A DNA stretch of 63,496 nt, the filler included, from Aduncisulcus paluster (Eukaryota): NCBI GenBank assembly GCA_024181965.1. It is 39 parts of 39 records of this genome, joined end to end, with 100 filler letters (N's around TTAATTAATTAA, not from the genome) between each part and the next. Parts side by side here need not be neighbours in the genome. Positions count along the whole stretch, not along the records: positions 10,746 to 13,364 come from BQXS01004446.1; positions 13,465 to 14,594 come from BQXS01004447.1; positions 14,695 to 15,757 come from BQXS01004448.1; positions 15,858 to 16,869 come from BQXS01004450.1; positions 16,970 to 18,180 come from BQXS01004451.1; positions 18,281 to 19,621 come from BQXS01004453.1; positions 19,722 to 21,264 come from BQXS01004455.1; positions 21,365 to 23,441 come from BQXS01004456.1; 31 more parts are not named here. One strand, 5' to 3'. Positions 11,622 through 21,785 of the stretch are shown here, one piece after another (positions within the stretch are counted from its first letter, which is position 1; every line of letters begins with the position of its first letter). The notes below the pieces were generated by a model that was not told where the DNA came from, made no database searches, and was given only the letters and a program-made list of their open reading frames with translations. A program made the position numbers and the translations under genes.

Positions 11622-13364
11622 ATGAGCGCGTATCCGGAGGCTCCTCGCGCAGGCGGCTCATCGCTCACCCTGACCGTCCGGCTCAATACATCAGCGGTCG
11701 ACTCGCGGCGTGGCGTGGTCCGACTTCATCCGGAAGCCATTGCTGCCCTGGGTATCCGGGAGTGGGATGCGATATCTCTGACCGGGTCGCGAACGACGGC
11801 CGCGGTGGTCGGAGTCGCCCCGCGCACGGTTCCGGCCGGGACCGCCCTGCTCGACGATGTCACGCTGTCGAATGCGGGGCTACGCGAGGACGCGTCTGTC
11901 ATCGTCGCGACGGTGACGGTGTACGGCGCGCGGTCCGTCACGGTAAGTGGTTCTTCCCNNNNNNNNNNNNNNNNNNNNTCTTCCCTTACTACCCAGTCTG
12001 TTTCCTCGGCAACGCTTCGGCTGGCCCTGTTGGGCAAGGTGATGACTGTGGGAGACACCGTTTCACTGCTGCCGCGTGACCTTGGGCCCGGTACGTCCAC
12101 CTCGGAGGCGACGACGGCGCTGGCCCGGTNNNNNNNNNNNNNNNNNNNNCTGGCCCGGTCGGTGGGCATCACCTGGACGTCCGAGCTGCTCACGGTGACC
12201 GCGGTCGATCCGGGCGGCCCCGTCAGTGTGCAACCCAATTCGCTTGTCAGCTGGCAGGGTTCGGCTACGCTAAGCCCCAGCACGCCATCGGCGGTCGCAC
12301 AACCCACTGTCATGACCACCGCAGCGACGCCGCCTCCGGTACCGCCACCGACGATATCCGTGGAAGACCTCAAGGGCTCCCAGGCGCAGGCCACCCGCCT
12401 CACCGAATGGCTCAAACTCGCCCTCGATGAACCCGATCTGCTGAAAACACTGGGCGCCCAACCCAATCTAGGCGTGCTGATATCGGGCCCGGCCGGTGTC
12501 GGCAAGACGGCACTGGCACGCGCCGTCTGTGCATCGCGCACGCTCGTCGAGTTGGACGGGCCGGAAGTGGGAGCCACCACCGCGGACGGACGCCTCAACA
12601 CGATCCGCGAAGCGGTGAGCCGGGTCAGGCAGTCCGGCGGAGTCCTGCTGATATCGGATATCGATGCGCTGCTGCCCGCGGCCGCCGAACCCGTGGCGAC
12701 ACTCATCCTCGCCGAATTGCGCTCCGCGGTATCCACTTCCGGAGTGGCGTTCATCGCTACCACCGCACATCCCGATGCGATCGACGCTCGCTTGCGCGCC
12801 CCCGAGCTCTGCGATCGCGAGCTCGGCCTGAGCCTGCCGGATGCCGCCACCCGCAAATCGCTGCTCGAGGTTCTGCTGGCGAAGGTGCCCTCGCACGAGC
12901 TGCAGCTCGACGAGATTGCCGCACGGACACCCGGTTTCGTCGTGGCCGACCTGGCCGCGCTGGTCCGTGAGGCCGCACTGCGCGCGGCCGCACGCGCCAG
13001 CGAGAAGGCCAGCCCCCCGGCACTCGGCCAGGAAGATCTGGTGGGCGCGCTGTCGGTGATCCGCCCGCTCTCCCGGTCTACCACCGAGGAGGTGGCCATC
13101 GGATCGATCACTCTCGACGATGTCGGCGACATGGTGGCCACCAAACAGGCTCTGACAGAAGCCGTTTTGTGGCCACTGCAGCACCCAGACACCTTTCAGC
13201 GGCTGGGCGTCGACCCTCCCCGCGGTGTTCTGCTCTACGGACCGCCCGGCTGCGGGAAGACGTTCGTGGTGCGGGCACTGGCCAGCTCCGGACGACTGTC
13301 GGTGCATGCCGTCAAGGGCGCCGAGCTGATGGACAAATGGGTCGGAGCCTCCGAACAGGCGGTC
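11622..13364 (+). CDS. Cdc48/VCP-like double AAA+ ATPase (Rv0435c-like), 3' truncated
   Basis: N-domain plus two Walker A motifs, GPAGVGKT and GPPGCGKT; lies downstream of pssA as in mycobacteria. Confidence 0.9.
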
Positions 13365-13464
13365 NNNNNNNNNNNNNNNNNNNNNNNNNNNNNNNNNNNN
13401 NNNNNNNNTTAATTAATTAANNNNNNNNNNNNNNNNNNNNNNNNNNNNNNNNNNNNNNNNNNNN

Positions 13465-14594
13465 GACCAAGTAAGAGGTAACTACCTTGTAGGATATAGT
13501 GCTATTGATGTAACAACTGGAAAGTGCTATTTCAATGAAGTGTTTGGTACAAGTGAAGATCCTAGTTTTGCACTTGATGAGGTGTTTAACTATATGAATA
13601 TGCACAAAACAAGTGAAGTGGTGGTGACTTTTTTAGATAAAAGTATCGACCAAAAAGAGGTGTGTGAGTATCTTGAACTTTCCCATAAAACATTTCATAT
13701 CTCACATATACGACCAAAAATCACATACCAAAATGAACTGTTTAAAAATGTATTTCAAATAGAATCGTTGCTGACTCCAATAGAGCACTTAAATATGGAA
13801 CGCTATGCACTAGCAAGTGAAAGTTTAGCCATACTTATAGATTTTGTAATAGGGCACGATAGTAAAATTATTGAAAAACTCTCAACACCTATTAAACTAG
13901 ATGTGAGTAAATATATCTATTTAGGAAACAACGCTTTAGAGCAGTTAAATATACTAGAAACTCCCCATCAACCAAACCTGCTCAAACTCATAAACAACAC
14001 TTCAACAGCGATGGGAAAAAGACTTTTAAAAGAGCGACTTACTCATCCTATAAAAGATGAAAAAGAGCTATTAAGAAGATATAAACTTTCAAGCGATCTG
14101 TATGATTATCATGCACCTATAGAAAATAGTTTAAGTAATATTTACGATATAGAGCGACTTCTACGAAGAATCAAACTAAACCGTCTACACCCTTTTGAAC
14201 TTAATTATCTCTATGACTCTTTAGGTAGTATTAAAGAGGTGGTTACATTTATGGAGAGCTATAACTTTGTAAAACCACCTTGTAGTAGTGAAGAGATTGA
14301 GATATTTATCAAAACCATAGATGACACTTTTGATTTGACAAATTGTGGAAAATTTATGCTCAAAGATATCGACTCAAATATTATAGCACAAGGTATAGAC
14401 AGTAAAATAGATGCATTACTAAAAGAAAATGAAATACTTGAAGAGAAGTTAGATATTTTTAGAACCCATATTTTAAAATTTTTAAAAAGTGAAGATAAAA
14501 ACTTAGTTCCTATAAACCGTTTAGGAAAAGAGGGCTTTTTTATAGGGCTTACAAAAAATAGATATAGTTCGATAAAAAAAGAGCTTTTGGAATC
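13465..14594 (+). CDS. MutS-family protein, connector/core fragment (probably epsilonproteobacterial MutS7-type)
   Basis: SAIDVTTG connector, LGNNALEQLNI, TSTAMGKRLLKERLTHP, IYDIERLLRR. Confidence 0.85.
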
Positions 14595-14694
14595 NNNNNN
14601 NNNNNNNNNNNNNNNNNNNNNNNNNNNNNNNNNNNNNNTTAATTAATTAANNNNNNNNNNNNNNNNNNNNNNNNNNNNNNNNNNNNNNNNNNNN

Positions 14695-15435
14695 CAAAAC
14701 TTTCAGTTCTGGTTTACCAGATAAATGCTCAATATCAACAATTAATGCCTGATAAGAATTTCCATCCAATTCTATCTCATAGTCAGCAGCCGAAACATCA
14801 CGTAAGTGAATTGAATTTTCATTGCAAAGTTCAACATTTCCAGGTCCTTCCAACTTAATTTGATCGAATTTTAACCACGAACCTTCAATTGTTGATAAAG
14901 AAATCTCGTTTCCTCCTTTTTTTATTAACTGACTTGGAATTCGTATTTCAATCAGATATTCAGATGAATCTTTGGGTGAGTTTTCGATTTTTGAATTCGA
15001 ATTAATCACAGGTAGTCTATACTTCCATGAATTTCCATTTACAGATACCTTAAAAAGAGGTAAATCAGCCGGATTGCAATCTAAAATATCAATGATCAAT
15101 TTCCACTCTCCCGCAGTAGAAAGTTGATCTATTCCAAACAAAATATTTAAGGTGCTTGATCTCCATCCGGATGTTCCCCAAGTACCTCCCCAAGTGTCAC
15201 TTATTCCAGGAATAATATATGGCCAATCCTTCTTTTCATCTGATGTTCCAATCAGAAAATACTTGTCTTCCCAACCAAAATCATTGGCTATGTAATGCTG
15301 ATACTCATTGTTCGACAAAGCGAATTCATCACCCGAATTGTCATTCTTACCAATTTGCCATATCACTTTACTTTTCTGTGTGCAAGAAGTAATTGCCAAA
15401 AGGAATAATAAGAATAGAAATGTATTTTTTTTCAT
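14695..15435 (-). CDS. Lipoprotein glycoside hydrolase N-terminus (PL4 domain III-like module, typical of Bacteroidota alpha-mannosidases GH38/GH92)
   Basis: Lipobox ITSC; WQIGKNDNS..EFAL, DWPYIIPG..D.WGG, GSWLKFDQIKLEGP. Confidence 0.7.
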
Positions 15436-15461
15436 TTTATGGGATATTTAAAGATCTGGAT

Positions 15462-15757
15462 TTATTTCATGAATGCTTTAACAACCCTTATTTCTTCATT
15501 GGATTCATTGATAATTTTATAAGATCCGGCAGCGGCAGGAATTACGAAAGTTTCAGCATAATTAAATCGCTGTCGCATCCCATTTTCCGTTTCTACAATA
15601 ATACTTTTCCCTTCCACTAAAGAAAGAACATTGCATCGGTTTTCGGTATCGATATTAACTTCTGTATTTAAGTGATACCTGTGCACGTCGTAAGTATGCT
15701 TATTGTGGGTTGGCAAATGAAATTGTTTCCAACCAGCCCCTTCATTTAACAGATATG
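15462..15757 (-). CDS. Class I mannose-6-phosphate isomerase-like cupin, C-terminus
   Basis: VLSLVEG...[16 protein letters not shown]...VVKAF. Confidence 0.65.
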
Positions 15758-15857
15758 NNNNNNNNNNNNNNNNNNNNNNNNNNNNNNNNNNNNNNNNNNN
15801 NTTAATTAATTAANNNNNNNNNNNNNNNNNNNNNNNNNNNNNNNNNNNNNNNNNNNN

Positions 15858-16683
15858 AAGAGTTTTTTTTATCATAAATATACGGAACTTCTAAAAAACT
15901 TGAGACAAAACCATATTTCCAAAAGTGGGGTAGAGTGTTGAAATTTTCTTTTAGGTTTACTCCTGATATTTGATATGCCTTTTCTAAAATAAATCGCTCC
16001 ACTTGCTCTTTATTTGCAAATTTTTGCTCATTTGTAAGAGTTGGTTGAAGATGTAAAATATAGCTAGAAAAATTATCATAATCATATTTTGAAGAGTTGT
16101 TGATAATCTTTTTGAATATACCACTTTCCATTAGTTTCGATTCATCGATTTGTTCTTTTGTGTTGCTATATATCATCAAAGTTGCTATTGAATCATAAGT
16201 TACCTTTGAGAGTTGCTCTTTTGTCTTTTGCTCTATATTTAACTCTAACTCCAAAACTTGAGAAGCTGGGATAGTGATGATAAGTTTTTCGAAGTTTTCA
16301 TATTTGACCCCATTTTGATCTTTCAAGCTCCAAAGGTTATTTTCATATTTACATGAAACTATTTTAGTATTTTTGATAAAATCACCACTCTCTAAAGAAG
16401 AAGAACAAAGTTTGTTGATGCCATTTGTTGGATAGTAGGTGTTCTTTTTTTTATTCAAAATATTTTCATCTACTTTTACCTCACAAAACTTTTCAAACTG
16501 TTTATCATTTGTTTTGAAAAAAGGTGTACCGTGATCTAGTTTAAAGTTATTGATGTATCGTGTGCTACATCTTCCTCCTGTACCTCTTGATTTTTCAAAG
16601 ATGGTGACTGTGTGTTTTTCTTTTTTGAGTAAACTGTAGAGATGTGTTCCTGCTAGTCCTGCTCCTATGATTGCTATTTTCAT
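15858..16683 (-). CDS. Renalase-like FAD/NAD(P)-dependent oxidoreductase, 3' truncated
   Basis: IAIIGAGLAG, FEKSRGTGGRCSTR, DHGTPFF. Confidence 0.9.
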
Positions 16684-16869
16684 CTGAAGTTCCTTTTATT
16701 TTTTGTGAAATAAAGAGCTAGTTTACGGGCAGTTTTGAAGATGCCATATACTATTTTTGCTAAAAAACTATTATGAAAAACATATTTTTGGATTTTGAAA
16801 AAAGAACCTTTAAAACTACAAACTGTATCAAGGTATTTGATAGCTTCAATTCCTTGTAAAACTTTAGAG
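16680..16869 (-). CDS. C-terminus of a probable DCC1/DUF393 thiol-disulfide oxidoreductase
   Basis: Hand translation ...QGIEAIKYLDTVCSFKG...AKIVYGIFKTARKLAL...; ATGA overlap with the downstream gene. Confidence 0.45.
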
Positions 16870-16969
16870 NNNNNNNNNNNNNNNNNNNNNNNNNNNNNNN
16901 NNNNNNNNNNNNNTTAATTAATTAANNNNNNNNNNNNNNNNNNNNNNNNNNNNNNNNNNNNNNNNNNNN

Positions 16970-18180
16970 TTTTGATTGCATTGGCATATTTGATTTAAAT
17001 ATAATAGTTGTAGGTACCATATAAGTTGGTAGATGTTTTTTAATTTCGAAAATGATTTCATTTTTAGGAAGTTCATTCGCTCCACTATAAACTAATACAA
17101 CTTCTTCCTCAATTTTTTCATTTTCTATACCAAAAACAGCACACTCTTTAATCTCACTTATATTGTTATATACAACCGTTTCTATCTCTAAAGGGCTGAT
17201 TCTATATCCACTCGTTTTAATCATATCATCATGACGAGATACAAAAAAGATATAACCCTCTTCATCTTTATAGACATAATCACCAGTAGCTACAACTACC
17301 TCATCAATGAGTCCATTTCCAAGGTCAATAACATTTTCTAAAATTTTAATACTCTTAAAACTATTATCTGTGTCCTCTTTTGAGTTCCAAAAACCTTTAT
17401 AAATTCCAGCACCTCTATGAATGAGTTGTCCTACTTCTCTAGGTTTACACTCATATCCATCTTCGTTTATAACATACAAGTCCACGTCAGGAATAGCTTT
17501 TCCTATTGAGTTTGGTCTAATTTTTAGTTGACTAGGATCCAAGTATGCAGATCTAAATGCTTCAGTATGACCACTCATAGAATAAAATTTTGCATTTGTA
17601 AAATATGTTTCAATTTGCTCTATCATAGATGCTGTTACATTTCCACCAGAAGAAGTAATTACTCTAACATTCTCAAGTTGCGCTGGACTTGGCAGTCTAT
17701 GGCTATCTTCATCAAACATCATTGTAAAATGAATAGGCATAGCTGCTAGTATTGTAATTTTGTCTTTTAAAATATGTGAGAAAAAGTCACTTGGCGTAAA
17801 AAAGCTATAAATACTAAAAGTAGCTCTTGCATAAAAAGATGTAAATAGTTGATTTAAACCATAATCAAAACTAAAAGATAAAATCCCTGAAAGCACATCA
17901 TTTTCTTGTATATCTAAATAATTATTTACTACTCGTGCACTATCTATAAGGTTTTTGTGAGATATTACTACCCCTTTTGGAAAACCACTAGAAGCAAAAC
18001 TATATGTAATAACAGCATTATCATGCCCTTTGATAGCACACGAGTAATCACTTGTGTAACACTTATAAATCTCTTCAAAAGAAACTAATTTTTTATCACA
18101 TGAATCGATTGTAATAATTTTACCATCAAAAGATGTTTCTTTTAATGTTTTTAATTTTTGCTCATCTGTAATCATACAAG
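16970..18180 (-). CDS. AMP-binding acyl-CoA/acyl-ACP ligase-like protein, fragment
   Basis: PKGVVISH, SFDYGLNQL, TEAFRS, TGD, R.DDMIKTSGYRISP.EIE. Confidence 0.88.
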
Positions 18181-18280
18181 NNNNNNNNNNNNNNNNNNNN
18201 NNNNNNNNNNNNNNNNNNNNNNNNTTAATTAATTAANNNNNNNNNNNNNNNNNNNNNNNNNNNNNNNNNNNNNNNNNNNN

Positions 18281-19031
18281 CTTTACCATCTATAAATATT
18301 TTAGCTCCCACTTCACCTGATACTATCACCTCCTCACTATTATCTCTTGTGATATCTAGGTCTGTTTTAGATGTTGGTTTGTTTGGTGCTGTTGTATCAT
18401 CACTTAAATTTGATGTATCATCTCCTTCACCATCTATAGTTCCATATTCTTTTACATTGTCTGTAGTCTTTTGTAAGTTTGTTTGAGCTGTTGTTTTGTT
18501 CACTTTCCGTAGATTCTTATTATCTGTTTCATTTGAGATAACTGTATCGATGATGTTCTCAATTTGTGAATCATCATACTCTGTAAAATCTTTTTTATCA
18601 GTCACAAGAGTTTCTATCATCTTTGGATCTAGATATATACCATTGTCATGATCTCCATCATTATCAAGTGATTGTAAAAATACTGCCATTCTTGTAACTT
18701 CGGTATTGTTTACATCACTTCTATTTACATCTAATACATCTTGAATAAGAACTATCTTATCATCTGGGAGTTTATCTACTCCACCTAGTTTGATATTTCC
18801 ATAGTAAAAATCTACAGCAGACCCAAGAGGACAAGTGAACTCTCCATCTACATTTGTAAAACCTGTTGTAGTTCCACACTCATAACTTGCATTTCCTATG
18901 GCTCCATCTGCTAGAACTCCTGTAACTGTTGGAGTACCACCTCCTGAACTACTTCCTCCTGAACCACATCCACTTAATGCTATTGCTGTTATGGTACTGA
19001 GTGCTAATATTTTCTTTTTTATTGTTTTCAT
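18281..19031 (-). CDS. Large surface lipoprotein (adhesin-like), 3' truncated
   Basis: Lipobox LSGC after MKTIKKK, Gly/Ser linker, Ca-binding-like FLQSLDNDGDHDNGI, Big/Ig-like start DTTAPNKP; AGG-type RBS before the ATG at 19031. Confidence 0.8.
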
Positions 19032-19055
19032 TGTTTTTTCCCTTTCTTCAAATCT

Positions 19056-19249
19056 ATTGTAAAGTAAACTTTTGGCAACTTTTGTCAATTTGAGCTTTTT
19101 AGCTTCAATTTTGTTTAAATGTTAAAATTTAGAATGTCTCAAAATTCCGTCACCGTTCCGTCAGGAGTTTGTTATAATAATTCTAAATGTAAAAATTTAT
19201 TGAAAAACTTTAATATTTGCCTAAAGTTGACAAAAGTTTTATATACAAT
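19056..19249. promoter_or_regulatory. Divergent promoter pair with matching tandem 10-bp repeats and TACAAT -10 boxes
   Basis: Minus strand: TTGACAAAAG-TTGCCAAAAG-7nt-TACAAT (19088-19056). Plus strand: TTGCCTAAAG-TTGACAAAAG-7nt-TACAAT (19217-19249). Confidence 0.7.
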
Positions 19250-19289
19250 CTTTTAGTAAAGACAAAAACTATAAAAAAAAGGAAAGAAC

Positions 19290-19621
19290 ATGAAGAATAC
19301 AATTAAAGTTATTTTTTTTGTAATGCTATTAACAAATAGTCTGTTTGCTATGCAGATTTTTGTTAAAACTCTAACAGGAAAAACTATTACCTTAGATGTA
19401 GAAGCTGGTGATAGCATAGAAAATGTTAAAGCTAAAATACAAGATAAAGAAGGAATGCCTCCAGAGCAACAAAAACTTATTTTTGCAGGAAAAGAGCTTG
19501 AAAATGGTCGAACATTAAGTGATTATAATATTCAAAAAGAATCAACTTTACATCTCATATTAGTTTTGCGTAATGTACCCCCAACAATTACAAGCACAGC
19601 TCTTACAAATGTAAATGAAGA
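19290..19621 (+). CDS. Secreted protein with an N-terminal eukaryote-like ubiquitin domain followed by a cadherin/Ig-like module (3' truncated)
   Basis: AAGGA RBS; 20-aa signal peptide ending [19 protein letters not shown]...KESTLHL ubiquitin (19350-19571); then [16 protein letters not shown]. Confidence 0.95.
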
Positions 19622-19721
19622 NNNNNNNNNNNNNNNNNNNNNNNNNNNNNNNNNNNNNNNNNNNNTTAATTAATTAANNNNNNNNNNNNNNNNNNNNNNN
19701 NNNNNNNNNNNNNNNNNNNNN

Positions 19722-19857
19722 GTCCCATGTCACGCGGACGAGTTAAACGCAGTTGCTCTTCTCGCTCGATCGAGAGGTGCCACAGACGGCCGTGATGTGC
19801 GAACCGACGAAGAAGCATCTGAGGCACGAAGTGGTGTTTCGTCGGTGTAGATGGCAC
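19722..19857 (-). CDS. DUF4238-like protein N-terminus
   Basis: KHHFVPQMLLRRF signature. Confidence 0.65.
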
Positions 19858-20570
19858 AAGACGGATCGTACGAGCGCCTCCGGCGGGGTGACCGCGATCT
19901 GGATCGAGTGGAGCCGCCACGAGCCCCGCCCGGCCGGTTTGGTGGCCAGTTTGACGGTCTAGTCGCTATGCGGCTGGATGGTGGCTCGTGAAGAGCTACG
20001 CGCGTGAAGAGACGGCTCGGGACCAGGTAGGAATTGCAGGGGTTCGTGAGACAACCCCGGTGCAGCCAGCGTGAGACAAAACCGACTAGCCGCAGGTCAG
20101 AGCGACGATCAGATGTAGCGAATCGTGAGAACCTACAGCCGTTGTAGGGTCCCGAGTTTGATGTCATGTGTTTGTCATTTGTGACACGAACTTGGGACGA
20201 TGGGAGAGAAAAACACATCCGCAATGCGCGGGCTAACCTCAAGCCTCGTCTGGCTTGGGCCAGCCTTGCCCGAAGTTCGCCGAGTTCCATCCGCAGTTCA
20301 TCGGGATGCCGCGCTGGAGCCGGTACTGAAGATCGGCACAACCTGCCCATATGCAATTAGCTTCCGCTGAAGCAGCACTGCCTGTGCGGTGGATTTGATC
20401 GCCTGTCACTGACGGATGAACTCATCGAGCATGTTCGGCATCTTCAACGTCCGGCCATCTGCGGTGGTGTTCAACTGAAAGTCCTTTGGCCAGATGATAT
20501 TTGGACGGATCGGTGACATCGCACTCCACACTCAGCTCAAGCTTTCCCCGAGCCCTTGTGGAGCAAGCGA

Positions 20571-21129
20571 TTAACGCGCCCAAAGCGCGTCCAGGGCCGC
20601 GATCAAGATGGGCTTCCTAAACTCTGGCTCGCCGGGGATATTCGCGATCGAGGCGATGAACGCCAGGATTTGCTCGGCAGTGATGTCGCTGCGCAGCTCA
20701 CCAGACCGGTGCGCCGCCTCAACCANNNNNNNNNNNNNNNNNNNNAATGCGGGCGAAACCATCGTGGAACGCCGGGCTGGCGTCACCTGCAAGTTCGAGC
20801 AGTTCGCTCGCCAGGACGCGCTTATGCAGGAAATAGTCGTAGAAGCGATACAGCCATGCCTGCAATCTCGCTCCGGCGGTCGCGCCCTCGCTAGTTTCGG
20901 CCGCGCGGCAGATCGCGGCTATCTCCTCACCGTAAAGAGCCTCCAGCAAGATGCGTCGGTCGGCGAAGTTGCGGTAAAGGGTGGCCGAGCCGATATTGGC
21001 GCGGCGCGCGATCTCGGCCATCGACACATCTGCCTGGGGATCAGCGAAGGCCGCCCGTGCGGCCGCGAGGATCTTGTCGCGGTTACGTTGCGCATCAACT
21101 CTGCGACGGGCGGGCCGTTCCTGTGTCAT
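20571..21129 (-). CDS. TetR/AcrR family regulator
   Basis: RRVDAQRNRDKILAAA...SMAEIARRANIGSATLYRNF HTH; split by an N gap. Confidence 0.92.
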
Positions 21130-21162
21130 GCCTGGCACCTCGAATTACGATCATATTCTCGA

Positions 21163-21211
21163 CAAGTGGGGAGGGTGTCCGTATTCTTGAAGCGGGCACC
21201 CTCCCCACTTG
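21163..21211. promoter_or_regulatory. Probable TetR operator: 19-bp inverted repeat
   Basis: CAAGTGGGGAGGGTGTCCG ... CGGGCACCCTCCCCACTTG (18/19 complementary) just upstream of tetR. Confidence 0.7.
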
Positions 21212-21364
21212 AGAATACCCAATCAATGCCGCGAAACTGCCGGGTCGCGCCGAACTACCGAGGANNNNNNNNNNNNNNNNNNNNNNNNNNNNNNNNNNNN
21301 NNNNNNNNTTAATTAATTAANNNNNNNNNNNNNNNNNNNNNNNNNNNNNNNNNNNNNNNNNNNN

Positions 21365-21783
21365 ATGACGCGGTGGCCGCCGATCCCTGGTATCGCATGC
21401 GGGTGGCGCCGTCGATCTTCAGGCATGTCTGGGCGGTGCTGCGCATCGCCTGTGAAGGCTTCAACAAGCATGTTCCCCTCGAGGATCGCAAGATCGACGC
21501 GTTGTCGATGTTCGGTATGCAGGCGCGTAAAAAAGCGCTGCTGCAACGCCTCTCGTTTGTCGATGCGCCGTACGACGGGCCCATCGAGAACGCGTTCAGT
21601 CAATTGCCGATGCGGGAGGTGATGGTGGCAATGTCGGGAGCGGTGCGCAGTCAGATCCCGGGACATAATCCAGCGCATGAGAAACTGCCCGCGCTGGCCG
21701 ACGAATGGTTCGCCCGGTACGAGGCCGGTTACGAAGTCACGCAGTGGTACACCGCCGACCGAGCGGGACGGGTGGGCGTTTGA
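21365..21783 (+). CDS. Probable metal-dependent hydrolase C-terminus (mycobacterial)
   Basis: GC3-biased frame; SQIPGHNPAHEKLPALADEWF C-terminal motif. Confidence 0.55.
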
Positions 21784-21785
21784 TC

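Noticed and set aside
11726-13307. Long antisense and overlapping ORFs in GC-rich fragments
   Set aside because: Shadow ORFs expected from high GC3; no recognisable motifs
19350-19571. Ubiquitin as an ordinary eukaryotic gene from the protist
   Set aside because: It has an in-frame bacterial-type signal peptide, RBS, sigma70-like promoter, AT-rich codon use matching the neighbouring lipoprotein, and no diglycine; read-level confirmation is still needed
19622-19857. Functional link between the ubiquitin gene and the adjacent DUF4238 or tetR genes
   Set aside because: Separated by a linker and of very different GC content, so from different organisms
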